A DNA stretch of 64,000 bases, from NCBI GenBank assembly GCA_002269645.1, contig NIVC01000175.1, positions 558,001 to 622,000 on the forward strand, in the 5' to 3' direction. The notes beneath the pieces were generated by a model. That model saw only the letters and a program-made list of their open reading frames with translations, was not told the DNA's origin and did no database searches. Made by a program: the position numbers and the translations under genes. The stretch comes from Macrostomum lignano. Its lineage: Eukaryota. This document shows, piece by piece, positions 20,036-32,406 of the stretch; the stretch's first letter is position 1; the number at the start of each line of letters is the position of its first letter.

Positions 20036-23021
20036 GAGGCAATATTGGTAGAGCTAAGAGTAAGATCAAGGCAGACAGTTTCACAAGCTCTGAACCTTCT
20101 CAAATTCCCAACGATTGAGAGTGCATATTGCGTCTATTATCAACTGCCGCGTGCAAAATGCTTGCAAAGAAATCAGTGAGCGCAATTTTTTGTCTGGAAA
20201 TTCCACAAATAATTTTTTACATGTAACACTACATGCACACACACGACACACACTTTTTAATTACAGAGCTCGTTGATACTACAAAAAGAAGTGCATGCAT
20301 CGCCAAAAGACTGTTCGAACTAATTAACTCAATTTCCATATGCTGAAATGCTGCACTTCTTTTTGTAGTATTAACTGGCTCTTAAATTTAAACTTGTGCC
20401 TTTTGAAAGCTAAACACTGTGAGGATGAATAGCCAAATGAAGTGAAGTTTAGGAATTGTTTACAGATGTGCTGCTGAGAAACCGATAAATTCGAGTGACC
20501 CTGTATGAAATTTCATTCTCTATTCGATTTGTTTTACCTTAATTCAGTTTAACGATTTTTCAAGATCAACGCGTCTTTTCTCTATCAAAAAGATCAAAAT
20601 TTACCAAGTTTAAAATCGCAGCTTATTAAATTTTTCGTAGAAAATAAATCCAAAATGAATATATATTCAATGAAACTATATTTTTTTGTCTTTTTCCGTT
20701 ACAATAAACTAAAAATAAAACAAAAATAACCACAATTAGCTATTCCCGTATTTTTCTTGTGGTTTTGATCAATCTTCAATGGCTGTACATGCTCTGTGAA
20801 GATGTTTTTTACGACTAATTGTGAGTTGAGTGTACGAGGTTTGCTGCTGGGAGCTATAAGACTCTCCGAGCCTTCTTAGTACGTTTGTAACCGTTTTCAA
20901 CTTCGATCTAACTGCCCGGTGTCAAAAGTAGAGTCCTTCTTCGGACAGACTGGGAACAGACCCCTCTTGACAAAATCCATTCAGACGATACTGCTCTGAG
21001 TAGTCGGCCCAAGGCATGAATTTTATCCCCCGATTTCTGTGGGACAAAGCCAATAATTAAATTGTAGAGGCAGCTGCAACGATTCTGTATCTCGGCCCTT
21101 ACTGATTTGCCATTTTGCTGAGGCTTGCTCGAAAATCCAGTTTGTGCTATAGTCCTCAAGGCTTTTTCTAAGACTAAGTCATAGACTTTGATTATACTCG
21201 TAGTTAGCCTAAGCGTGTTCAAACGAAGCGAAACCCTTCGCTTCGATGAAGGAATAGATTCCTTCATCCATGGGTGAAACGTACGTCAGCCCGCCCGCTG
21301 CAAATTGTCTTTGGCCGACTTCAATAAAAAAATCGAATGCATACATAAGTTTTTAGTTAATGTTTCTACAACTTGAATATACTGCTTAATAATGCTTAGT
21401 ATCATTATCAGTTACTATTTTTTCGATTCACAAAATTTGGCCATAGACAATTCCTTAGATTTCATTCATTCTTTCTTTCTTTAGAGTGCTGGTGCGCCAA
21501 TGTGGGGGCCCCCTTGACCCCGCTGTCTTCTGACTTAATGCCATAGACATCAGCGGGCCGTGAAACCAACTGAATGCATAGGAGTAAATGGGATTTTACC
21601 ATAGACAGTCTCAGCGGGCCGTGAAACGCGGTTTTTCGCTCACTAACTATAACACTGTATGATTATCGAGAGGTCACGCTTCACACACAACTGCCATACC
21701 GGCCGACGCGGTAAGGCAGTTGTGTGTGAAGCGTTACCTCTCGATAGTGGAATTGTGTTTATTTTCGTCCAAAAACCAATTCAAAACGGCTAGGACACAA
21801 CTTCCCAGACGGGAATTGTTCACTAAGCGATTCTAGGGATTTGTGTCATAGGCATTTTCCACTTGGCGCAAGCCAAGTGATGGCCATAGACTAAACGTCT
21901 GGAACGAAAAGTTAAGCGGAACAGCCTGAAATTACCATAGACGAAACATGTTAAATGAAGTTGTGGTCTTATAAGCTGGAACTCTGCAGCAGAGGATACA
22001 TGTTCCTGTTTCTTCTGTTTGCCCTAACCTCTATTCATGCCACTCATACGAATGATAAATTGGTCGAATTTGCCGATTGAAAGCATTGACGGCTTGAATG
22101 GAATGAGGTCAACTTTCTCAGCGACTTGAGTATGGGTGGACGTGACGAGGCGGATGACGAAGAGTTGTTGGAGTTCATCCGATTCATTGAATGCGGTAAC
22201 GATGACGCTCTGCCACCACTGCCAAGCGAAGAAGAGGCTTGCCCCGAGGATCCCATGCGGAACAAACCATGCAATTCGGCCAATGTGAGTGTAACGTCTA
22301 AAGACATTTCTTATATAAATAAGAAGTTTTGATTTTTATAGTTAGAGATAATGTGGCCCAAACGAAACTAGGCACAATAATATGGATGGGCTGCGGAGGG
22401 CAGAAACAAGCAGAAACGAGTTGTTGAATGCCTTAACCGCTGGTTGTGCTGTGCGACGATGTCGTAGAAGGAGTTGCCCCAAGGTGCCCACAACGCTTCT
22501 GCAATTATTAATAATATTTTATAATGATCAATATTACTATTAATATTATAATACCTATTATTAAATACAAACTTTTATTTGCAGAAAATGAATAAATTAA
22601 AATGTCCAAAGGAACTTTGAATGCATGCAACTACAACTACAAGTTTATCGCTTACAAAGAGTCACATTCAGCCAAATTTTAGAGTAGGGGGGGGGGGTGG
22701 CTGAGAAACTTGATCCAGCGTGGGAGGCGTGGTGTGCTCAGAAATCCAGCTCAAGCACTGCAGTTGTGAGCGAATGACTCGAAGGGATTACATGTATTGA
22801 TAGATTTGGAATCGATCCAAAAATGTAGAACTTTTTTTCTAAATTTTTTTAATATAAGTCAAACTTTACTGAGACAAGTATACGCAAGCAGAAGTCAAGA
22901 TACTTAACGAAAAGTGCCACGTTTTTTAATGCGTTTTTAGCGTGCAAGTCTTACTTAAATTCTCGAATGCATTGGGTTTTTGTCATATTTTTCGTATCGA
23001 GTAGTGCATTCAGAATTCTCT

Positions 23022-23224
23022 CACTGACTGACTGACTGACTTAAGTGAATGGGTGACTGACTGACTCACTGACTGACTGACTGACTTAAGTGAATGGGTG
23101 ACTGACTGACTGACTGACTGACTCACTGACTGACTGACTGACTGACTGACTGACTGACTGACTGACTGACTGACTGACTGACTGACTGACTGACTGACTG
23201 ACTGACTGACTGACTGACTGACTG
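23022..23224. repeat. (TGAC)n microsatellite
   Basis: Direct observation. Confidence 0.95.
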
Positions 23225-23622
23225 AATTGGCCGAAATTGACAAAGCATAGAAAAAAATTACAATGCAAACATGCAATTACTAGTATTTCACAATACGTAG
23301 CTGTGATTTTATTTGAAGTACTGAGTTTATTTGAATAGTTTTTTAAATCAATTTTCTGTTATCAGAAAGTTGAAAGAAACAGTTAAAGAACGGATCTCAC
23401 AAAGCAGAAAAGTGGATAGTGGGCAGTTAGTTTTCTATGTTATCGTATCGTTGAAAATACGAAATACATGCAGATAGCTATAAATAGAGTTGTGATTCAA
23501 TGTGCTTGCTTCAGGCTAAGTCTGAAAAGGATAAACTAAACGTTTTGCGGATTTATTTATCAGCAATTATATGTGCAGACTGCAGTATTCTATGGTGTTC
23601 AACGTTTGAATTAAAAATGAAC

Positions 23623-24094
23623 TCATAGTAAGCCGAGCTGCTGGCGGAGTCGCCTGCGAATGAAGTTGAACAGAGGAATGTAGGACGGTCGGCTCAGTCT
23701 GTTCGAGAGTCCTGCGTAGGTATTGTAAGGTTTTTAGAAATTAGCATTGCTAGAGGATTTTAAAGAAACATGAAAAAGCCGCACCTTTCTTGTCTCGCCT
23801 TCCAGCAGCAATCGATGACTTGTTAGCAGTCCCGCCGCCTTCTTTGCGATGCTGCTGCAAACCGCGTAAAATTTCGATGCACAATCGCATGACAACCAGT
23901 TTGTCCACGGTAGCTTTCGTTGAGGCCATCAACTTGTTGATGACATCGTCCGGCGACCACCAATCAGCTCGTTCAACGTCGATCTTGGCCGTTTTCATCA
24001 AAGGCTGGCTGATGGCGATGGGCAGGGCGATAGCAGAAGCGACCGCCACTGCGGCGACGCTGACCAGGGCGAATATGACAAGAAATTTTACCAT
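23623..24094 (-). CDS. Secreted prepropeptide, paralog 1 (132 aa); predicted mature peptide GLSNRLSRPSYIPLFNFIRRRLRQQLGLL
   Basis: Exons 23785-24094 and 23623-23711 with a 73-nt phase-1 intron directly after the KK codons. Hydrophobic signal peptide; RRDKK processing site. Confidence 0.8.
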
Positions 24095-26367
24095 GGTTGC
24101 TTTCCGAGATTGCTAGCTTTTCTCAATGGGAATGTTTTCTACTCATTTTCGAAAACTTTTATAGGCGAATCCAAAGTGAAGGCGGCTTAACAGATTAAAA
24201 TTGTGGGGGTGGCTTGAGGAAGATTGGCTGTCGACGATTTCCTGGGAGGGGGGAGGGATGATTAGGCCTAAAAAATTGTGCAAAATTGTTTTGAAATAAT
24301 AAACACGTGCATCGCACCGCACGCAGAACAGAACGTCTATCGATTAGGTAGAAGCGATGATCAAATCTCAGACTAATTACGACAGAGATAATCGAACACC
24401 TGCATGATTTCCCTGCCTAATATGTTTATTTCTCTACGCCAATATCGATCCCTTCATTTGGAGCCAAATAGCTCCAAAATTGGAGCCAAAATCCCGTTAT
24501 ACCGAAAATATGGCGACAAATGCGATAAATGGGGATTTCATGTGATCGGAAACCTTCCTGTGCTATTTTCAGTTTAATACACGAACGTAGGTTTTCATTG
24601 TGCTTTTTTTCAGGACCTTCTAGCAGGCCACCATTTATGAAAAATTGCACTAAAACCTGACGCTAGTTACATGAGAACACCTTAAGCTGTTGTTTTACGC
24701 ATATCAATGTCTCAAATGTCTTGAGGACTTCTTTCAGTGTAGAAGATAGATTAATCACGAGATAAGGTAACAAGCATATACTGTGCAACGGTGTACAAAA
24801 AGTACTCCGCACTTTTGAGCCTTAAGTTCACATGAAATCCCAATTTATCCCATTTCTCCCCATAGAGATCGACAAATTCAAAAATGGTCGATTTTCGATA
24901 TAATGGCTTTAAATATAGCAACGACAGAGGGAAGCGGTCGAGTTGTGAATAGAGTCGGGTCGCTCTTCAACAAAAAGGATTTCAAAAAAGGACACTAGAC
25001 ACACACGGTCCGCCTTTGAGTTGGCCCTAATAATGGGTGTGATGCGGATGGCACGGCAACACATCAGGCCAAATTTTGTGGCCGAGCAGGGTGAGGCTAC
25101 TCTGCCCTCTACTGTCTGGCAAAGCAAAGGTATCGTACTACTAATATTAGCTAGAATCGGTTGAGTGTGTCTAACCTTAGGCGTTTAAGGCTGCTCGCAA
25201 TTTGCCATAACTGTCGATTCGTGCCTAGCTACTAAGTGAAAATCCCAGGTAAGTGCAAGTACCATTCGTAGAGGATTTCGTAGGATTTTTTTGTTACTTT
25301 GTGTACAATGAACGTAAAAATACAGAAAGCTAGTGAATATCAAAATACAAAATACAACAGTTACAATCTCTTGAGTAAACGGAGTATTCAAGTTCATCAT
25401 TTTTTTCTGCACCGATATGAAGTCGAATTGCAGTTGCCTTCTAGCTTGCGTGTTGTCTTTGATGAATTTTGCCAGAATTTCCTTCTTGATCCACTGGAGT
25501 AAGGTTTTTTAATATTCGAAACCTTATATCCAAGATGTCCTGTTTAAATTGGTCACCGAGAGCACTATGTAGTTCCAACTGCATTTAAACAGGGGCGAAC
25601 TTCAATTTCTATACCCTCACATGGCCCTTTGGGCAGTCGTTAGTCTCATTCTAAAGTTATATGATTTTGTATAAAGTTCTTTCTCATATTTTTTTATTGG
25701 TTGGCAGGATCATCACAAGATAATTGATATAGATGTAAACAAAATTCACAGCATTATCGGTTATGCTGGTCGCCACACCTTGTAAGATTACATTTTGTTA
25801 TAATGCAGCTTACAGAATATTCCGATAGGCCTATTTACCATGTGTAATTACATCACGCACCACCTCTCGCAGCACAAACCAAAACTACCGCCGATCGCTC
25901 TTTCGACATCAGCACCTCCTGCTGTTAATTCTTAACTCATGTTTTAGTTTTTTTCGTAATTAGTCGACAAAAAAGCAGGCTAAAACACCGTCATAATTGC
26001 CGTAGCTAGTTTGCTTGACTTCAGCCATAAATTTAACTCGGCTTCGAAGTGTTTAAACGCGTTTTATTTATTAGTTTAGACAAGTAATAAAATTCTGGTT
26101 ACAGGGCTCTGGGATAAGAATGGGTAGAGATTCTAAGGAACTAGCATAGCATCACTACAACAAATATAGTTAATTTTGAATTGCAACACATGGTGTAAGC
26201 TTTATAAATGTATACTTCTAAAACAGAGTGGGCCGAGTTTTCAACTTTTTTTAGAGACACTTGGATTTTTTTGAGACAACAAAGTCGTTCAACTACACAT
26301 TACTATTTTTAAATCTTTTAAAATTGTTAGTCGTCCGTAACGCCCAAGCATCAAAATGGTTGCTTGA

Positions 26368-26781
26368 TTACTGCAGCTCGATGCGAAGCGCGCCGCGTAG
26401 AAAGTTGAACATTGGAATGTAAGAGTGCCGGTGCATGTAGTGTTCCATACCTGTGGGAGATAGAAAAATGAATAAACAATTATACAATATGACTAGATTC
26501 GAATGCAGTTTCAAAGCGTAGAGTCCAACGGTAAAAAAGGTGCACATACCTTTCTTGATTCGGCCGCCGGATTCAATTTTGTTGGATTCTTCGCTAGCAG
26601 ATTTTTCACCAGCAGGCAAGTTCTGCTGCAGCTGGGGCACCAGAAAGACCCTCATGAAATGGTTGGTCAGCCGACTGGCCAGCTGGTCGACGGCAGCGTT
26701 CGGCATCGGCCGACCACTGGCCCCACCAATGGCCACTGCAGCCAAGCAGACGAAAGCGACAATCATGATCCGGTGATGCAT
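26368..26781 (-). CDS. Secreted prepropeptide, paralog 2 (104 aa); predicted mature peptide GMEHYMHRHSYIPMFNFLRGALRIELQ
   Basis: Exons 26550-26781 and 26368-26450 with a 99-nt phase-1 intron after KK. Signal peptide MHHRIMIVAFVCLAAVAIGGASG; GRIKK site. Confidence 0.8.
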   Translation of the reverse strand: MHHRIMIVAFVCLAAVAIGGASGRPMPNAAVDQLASRLTNHFMRVFLVPQLQQNLPAGEKSASEESNKIESGGRIKKGMCTFFTVGLYALKLHSNLVILYNCLFIFLSPTGMEHYMHRHSYIPMFNFLRGALRIELQ

Positions 26782-26879
26782 ATTGCTGCAAAACAAATTC
26801 TAGCGTCAGAGTTGAGCTGTAAGTTCGCGCCGGCACAACTTCACGTGGTTGTTAAAACTTTTCAGGGTTCCGTATCGGC

Positions 26880-26894
26880 CTTGCTTATATAGAC
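26880..26894 (-). promoter_or_regulatory. TATA-containing motif GTCTATATAAGCAAG upstream of peptide paralog 2
   Basis: Identical 15-mer at 32392-32406 upstream of paralog 3; lies ~100 bp upstream of the ATG. Confidence 0.65.
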
Positions 26895-29149
26895 GGATTC
26901 ATCGGTCGGTGCGCTAAGATTGGCTTGCGACATCTGTTAAGTTTTCCTGGTAGAAAAATAGCTCAATTTGGATGGATTCTTAGCTGCTTCACATCGACGC
27001 AGGTGAATAATTAGCAATTTAACAAAAATTGCTCGAGCGCTGTTGCCAATTATAATTATAATTCGAAAACTACTGTCGCACGGGCTCTTCAATTCAATTT
27101 TTTCCGACCGGTGAGACTTCACTTGCTTCAGAATTTTTCTCGTCAGCACGTTTTTCGGCAGCTGGCAAATTAGGGCTTTCTTGTGAGCCATCGAAAGTTA
27201 CGGGGAAAATTTGAGGTAGCTGCCGAAGACAGCTTAGATCGAGATAGCTTTCGTTCCAGGCGGTGGACGAGACGGTGAGGTACTCGATTGACTTCTGCCG
27301 AGCGCCAGGCCGCCTTGAAGATCGGTGACGAGCGAGTTTCAAAAGCGGTGGCACTTTCTCACCGCGCTAGCCTGGTCCATCCAAGCGATCTGTTGCGCCG
27401 TTGGCGACTCCAGCTGGCAAGCCTGACGCACACTCCACTGCTGTTGTTGTTATTGTTTTGTTGGCCTAAGAAAAGGGGACGTCAACGAAGCGGTGAAATG
27501 GATCAGGACCAAACCGACTGGAATCAATAACTGACTGGACAAGTTGACTGCGTCTGTCTGTGATGGTGCCATCATCCGCCGCAACAGCGCCGTCTTCAAC
27601 AATCTATGGTGGCCTCCTCACTTGCCATTTGGATTGGATTGGATTGTCACTTGGATTGGCCTTATGGCTGCCAACAGATAAAGCAACAACCTCCCAATAA
27701 ATCTGAAGGAATTTCTTTGCTTGCTTTGTCAATTCAGGAATACGTTTGACTCAGTGTTGAGTCCGCACTCTTATTCCGATCAAAGTTTCACATCCATTGA
27801 TCGACGTCGGCATTATGCGACTGTATCACGATCCTCAAGCTGCTGTTTTGGCTGTGGATTTCTAACTTTTTTCTGTTCAAATCTCGTCAGGTGCTCTACT
27901 GGGCGAAATGCGTGCGTCATATTCCTCTTAGGCGCCTCAGCGTGCTGAGCTCATCCAAGTAGACTCACTCCTTTGTAGTCTTAGAAGATCGTCAGATGAT
28001 AAAAAATTTTGGGTTCACTACATGGAAGGATCAACCAGTATAAGCTTGGTAAAAGAAAGTCGGGAGATGGAACAGAAATTTTGTCGAGTATTTCCAACGA
28101 CGGTACCCACGGCACCGATTAGAGATGAGCAATTACTTCACCGCTTCTTTGTCCAATTCAATTGCTGAAGCGCAATTTCCTAAGCACAGCTGCAGTTGAA
28201 TGCTCTGAGGAAAAAATTATATCAAACGAACAGCATCTTGGGTTTTCTAAATCGTTGCCTTTGGGAGAAATTATCCATTTTTCATACACCTGAGCAAGAA
28301 AATAGCTTGCATGAATTTCGCTTTTAGACAGCTCTGGGTGCTGACGCAACTTAGAGACTTGGTACTGCCGAGAGTATGGAGGGGTATTGCTGAAATGCTG
28401 TGGCTCGTTGGGGAGAATTTTCTGGGATGTCGAGGCTCATGATGCTGAAATGCGATGGAACTTTTTGCTGGCTCATGAAGGAGAACATGTTGGCTAACGC
28501 TCCCGACTGCCAGCAATCCCGCGCGGCTGTCCCATGTCCTTTCCCTGCCCAAGTTCGTCGGCAGTTTGGTCCTGGCGGTCCTACTGCAGAGCGTGACTGC
28601 AGAGTGTCGACCCACGGCGACCCACAGCTGCTGAACTACACGGCTTATCTGGTTGAGGCTCGTCTGAGTTCGTATAATAACAGCTAAGCTAAAGAACTCG
28701 TTACCAAGAGGCTGAATTGAGATCGGGACTCAACAAAACGAGAACACATCAAAAATAGCAACAAAAAACTGTAAAGGCGGTGTAACAAAATCTGTGTTTT
28801 AAGGGGCTCCGTCGAGAGGGTCACAAAACTAGTTACCCAAACTTCGAAAACTACATACTTAGCCGGTACCCACGGCAGAAATTCCTCTCATTCGAAGTGG
28901 AGTGATAAACCAGTACATGGTTACGCGTTCGCAGAGTTTGGAGTAGGGATCGAGACGCAGCCCCCTGATAAAGTTCAGCCCCAAATGCACTAAACCCCTG
29001 TGCCCTCTGGCGGAGTGGAGATCTTTAACGCATTGGTTGCGGTAGATTAGACTATATCCGATTCTCTTGAATCTCGATTCTCTTCTCTCTTGGCTTCTCT
29101 CCATCACGGTACCTTTAGTCCCTTCATCGTCAACAGTACATGTCTTTTT

Positions 29150-29365
29150 TGAGGCCTTTTCTGTAGCCTTTTCTGAGGCCTTTTCTGTGGCCTTTTCTGT
29201 TGCCTTTTCTGAGGCCTTTTCTGTGGCCTTTTCTGAGGCCTTTTCTGTGGCCTTTTCTGAGGCCTTTTCTGTGGCCTTTTCTGAGGCCTTTTCTGTGGCC
29301 TTTTCTGAGGCCTTTTCTGTGGCCTTTTCTGAGGCCTTTTCTGTGGCCTTTTCTGAGGTCTTTTC
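29150..29365. repeat. 12-bp tandem repeat (TTTTCTGAGGCC / TTTTCTGTGGCC)
   Basis: Alternating variants; reads KRPQn or TEKASEKAn on the minus strand. Confidence 0.9.
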
Positions 29366-30713
29366 CGTGGGCCGGTCCTCATATCCGGTTCTAGTAGCCG
29401 GTTCTGCTACAGGTCAATTTGGCTTGCTCAAATGATAGAGGGGGCTTGGGGCACGTCCTGCTGTTTCTATCTGCTTCGCACTTCTCTTTGCTGGCTTTTT
29501 TATCCCTTGTGGCTCTGGAGCTCTTCAATTCAAGCTTTTATGCATCCGTAGCGATCTGTTGGGACTTCACGAAGATTCCAGCGGTCAGACGGCATCATCC
29601 GCGAAGAGAACTTGCTTCCTTACAGCCAGCAGCGGAGGTGCTGCAGGAGCCACTCGGCGACTGCCTGTTGGATGACGCCCCATGTCCGGTTGGCCCCCTG
29701 TGACGCTGCTCTGCCAGTTTCTTAAGACTGTCTGACTGCGTCGTTGGACTGATGGAAATTTACCTTACCGTAGAATGGTTGTTAAAACTCAAACGGCAGC
29801 AGAATTGGCCCAACTGATATTCATGTCAAAAAAGTCGTGTCTTTAACTTCAAACTTCGTACGTTTCTTGTTTAAATTATGAGACAGATCACTCCTAATAC
29901 TAAAACTGACGTTTGTCTGTCTGTCCTAATACTAAAACTGACGCGATGTTTGTCTGTGTGTGTGTATTGCAAGTGAACTCCTACAATACTTGCAAGTCAG
30001 CGTCGAAACTTATATGGGAAAACTGCTATTTTAAGAGATGAGAGGAGAGACAGGAGAGACTAGAAATAAGATAGCAAAGAAAAGAGAGCAGAGATGAGAG
30101 ACTAGAGATGGAAAGCAGATTAGAGAGAAGAGATAAGAGACTACACTGTAGAGATGAGAGGGCAAAGAGGAGAGCAAAAAAGGCTTTACAGAGGATTTGG
30201 AGATGATTTGGAAGATGGGATTCAAGTCATGGAGTTTCAGCTGATGGATTTCAGGCAATGGAATTCCGGTGATGGGATTTCTTCCCCTATCTCCTCCGGA
30301 GGAGGAGTTCCACTCGTTTTTTATGAAACTGAAATAATCTTAGTCAACAAGATGATTTGCATAAAATTCCATCCTTCAAAAAAATTCAAATCTGTATCTA
30401 TAAAATTTAATATATATATTTTCAATTATTAAAGCAAATTTTACAAGCGTAGTAAGCATAATCGCAAAATCGATTCGTCTTTTTATTCGCGTGAAACAGA
30501 AAATTCGTATTCGGGACAGTCAAATATTTCTTCAGTAGACGAGAAAGAATTTTTAAATCAAATACAGTTTTGAACTTATTCAGAGCTTTCAATTCAAATT
30601 TGAATCAGCAATGATAATGTAATATTAAATAGGATTTCGATGAAAATTTAAAAATCAAGCCGCGTTCACTCCAGTCAGATGCACAATGTATGCAACTGAC
30701 TTGGATGGGGTGA

Positions 30714-31870
30714 ACAATCAAGGTCACAAAAATAAAAGAGAGATCGTTTTACAATCAAGGTCACAAAAATAAAAGAGAGATCGTTTTACAATCAAGGTCA
30801 CAAAAATAAAGGAGATAGATCGTTTTACAATCAAGGTCACAAAAATAAAGGAGATAGATCGTTTTACAATCAAGGTCACAAAAATAAAGAAGATAGATCG
30901 TTTTACAATCAAGGTCACAAAAATAAAGAAGATAGATCGTTTTACAATCAAGGTCACAAAAATAAAGAAGATAGATCGTTTTACAATCAAGGTCACAAAA
31001 ATAAAGAAGATAGATCGTTTTACAATCAAGGTCACAAAAATAAAGAAGATAGATCGTTTTACAATCAAGGTCACAAAAATAAAGAAGATAGATCGTTTTA
31101 CAATCAAGGTCACAAAAATAAAGAAGATAGATCGTTTTACAATCAAGGTCACAAAAATAAAGAAGATAGATCGTTTTACAATCAAGGTCACAAAAATAAA
31201 GGAGATAGATCGTTTTACAATCAAGGTCACAAAAATAAAGGAGATAGATCGTTTTACAATCAAGGTCACAAAAATAAAGGAGATAGATCGTTTTACAATC
31301 AAGGTCACAAAAATAAAAGAGATAGATCGTTTTACAATCAAGGTCACAAAAATAAAGAAGATAGATCGTTTTACAATCAAGGTCACAAAAATAAAGAAGA
31401 TAGATCGTTTTACAATCAAGGTCACAAAAATAAAGGAGATAGATCGTTTTACAATCAAGGTAACAAAAATAAAGAAGATAGATCGTTTTACAATCAAGGT
31501 CACAAAAATAAAGAAGATAGATCGTTTTACAATCAAGGTCACAAAAATAAAGAAGATAGATCGTTTTACAATCAAGGTCACAAAAATAAAGAAGATAGAT
31601 CGTTTTACAATCAAGGTCACAAAAATAAAGAAGATAGATCGTTTTACAATCAAGGTCACAAAAATAAAGGAGATAGATCGTTTTACAATCAAGGTCACAA
31701 AAATAAAGGAGATAGATCGTTTTACAATCAAGGTCACAAAAATAAAGGAGATAGATCGTTTTACAATCAAGGTCACAAAAATAAAAGAGATAGATCGTTT
31801 TACAATCAAGGTCACAAAAATAAAGAAGATAGATCGTTTTACAATCAAGGTCACAAAAATAAAGGAGATA
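30714..31870. repeat. 39-bp tandem array (~29 near-identical copies)
   Basis: Unit ATAGATCGTTTTACAATCAAGGTCACAAAAATAAAGAAG. The 376-aa ORF is an artefact of the unit length being a multiple of 3. Confidence 0.95.
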
Positions 31871-31911
31871 CTCGTACGTAGATCGTTTTTATCAGTCTAT
31901 CTTGCCAAACT

Positions 31912-32331
31912 TCATTTGATTTTGTAGCGAAGCGTTCCGCGGAGAAAGTTGAACAACGGAATGTAGGAATTTCGGCTCAGGTTCTGATCAGTATCTGCGG
32001 TAGGAGGTCAGATTTGCAACAGTTGAAACTTTTGTTGTTGAAGCATCAAAATGCTCGCACAATGAATAAGATACTCACTTTTCTTAGCCCGACGAGAGTT
32101 GCGTTCTGGTTGGGGTATTTTCTCCAGGTTGTTCAGTTGTTCAACCACGTAAGCTTTAATGATCTCGCTTGCCAGCTGAATAGCCATTTGGTTTAACACT
32201 GTTTCCAACTGTACCAACTTGTTGTTAGTAGCTGTAGGCCTCTTCAGTCCCTCTTCGACTGGTAGAGCAATGGCCGAAGACACCACAGCCGAGAAGACCA
32301 CTAGAGCCAGAAGGATGGATTGATGGTGCAT
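31912..32331 (-). CDS. Secreted prepropeptide, paralog 3 (111 aa); predicted mature peptide NTDQNLSRNSYIPLFNFLRGTLRYKIK
   Basis: Exons 32079-32331 and 31912-31994 with an 84-nt phase-1 intron after KK. Signal peptide MHHQSILLALVVFSAVVSSAIA; RRAKK site. Confidence 0.8.
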
Positions 32332-32391
32332 GGTCGATCTTTAGCTTTGGAGCTTTGTTACAAACCTGCAATTGAAACCTGCAAAAATCGG

Positions 32392-32406
32392 CTTGCTTAT
32401 ATAGAC
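32392..32406 (-). promoter_or_regulatory. TATA-containing motif GTCTATATAAGCAAG upstream of peptide paralog 3
   Basis: Identical to 26880-26894; lies ~60 bp upstream of the ATG. Confidence 0.65.

Noticed and set aside
22126-22500. Acidic ORF resembling a Harbinger transposase tail
   Set aside because: No catalytic motif recognisable; the evidence is too weak.
28400-28687. ORF with LKCDGTF (MULE-like DGTF)
   Set aside because: A single short motif with no other DDE residues identifiable; kept only as part of a low-interest finding.
30724-31854. 376-aa hydrophobic ORF, and a CRISPR-like look of the regular array
   Set aside because: Pure 39-bp tandem repeat with no unique spacers; the ORF arises from the unit length being a multiple of 3.
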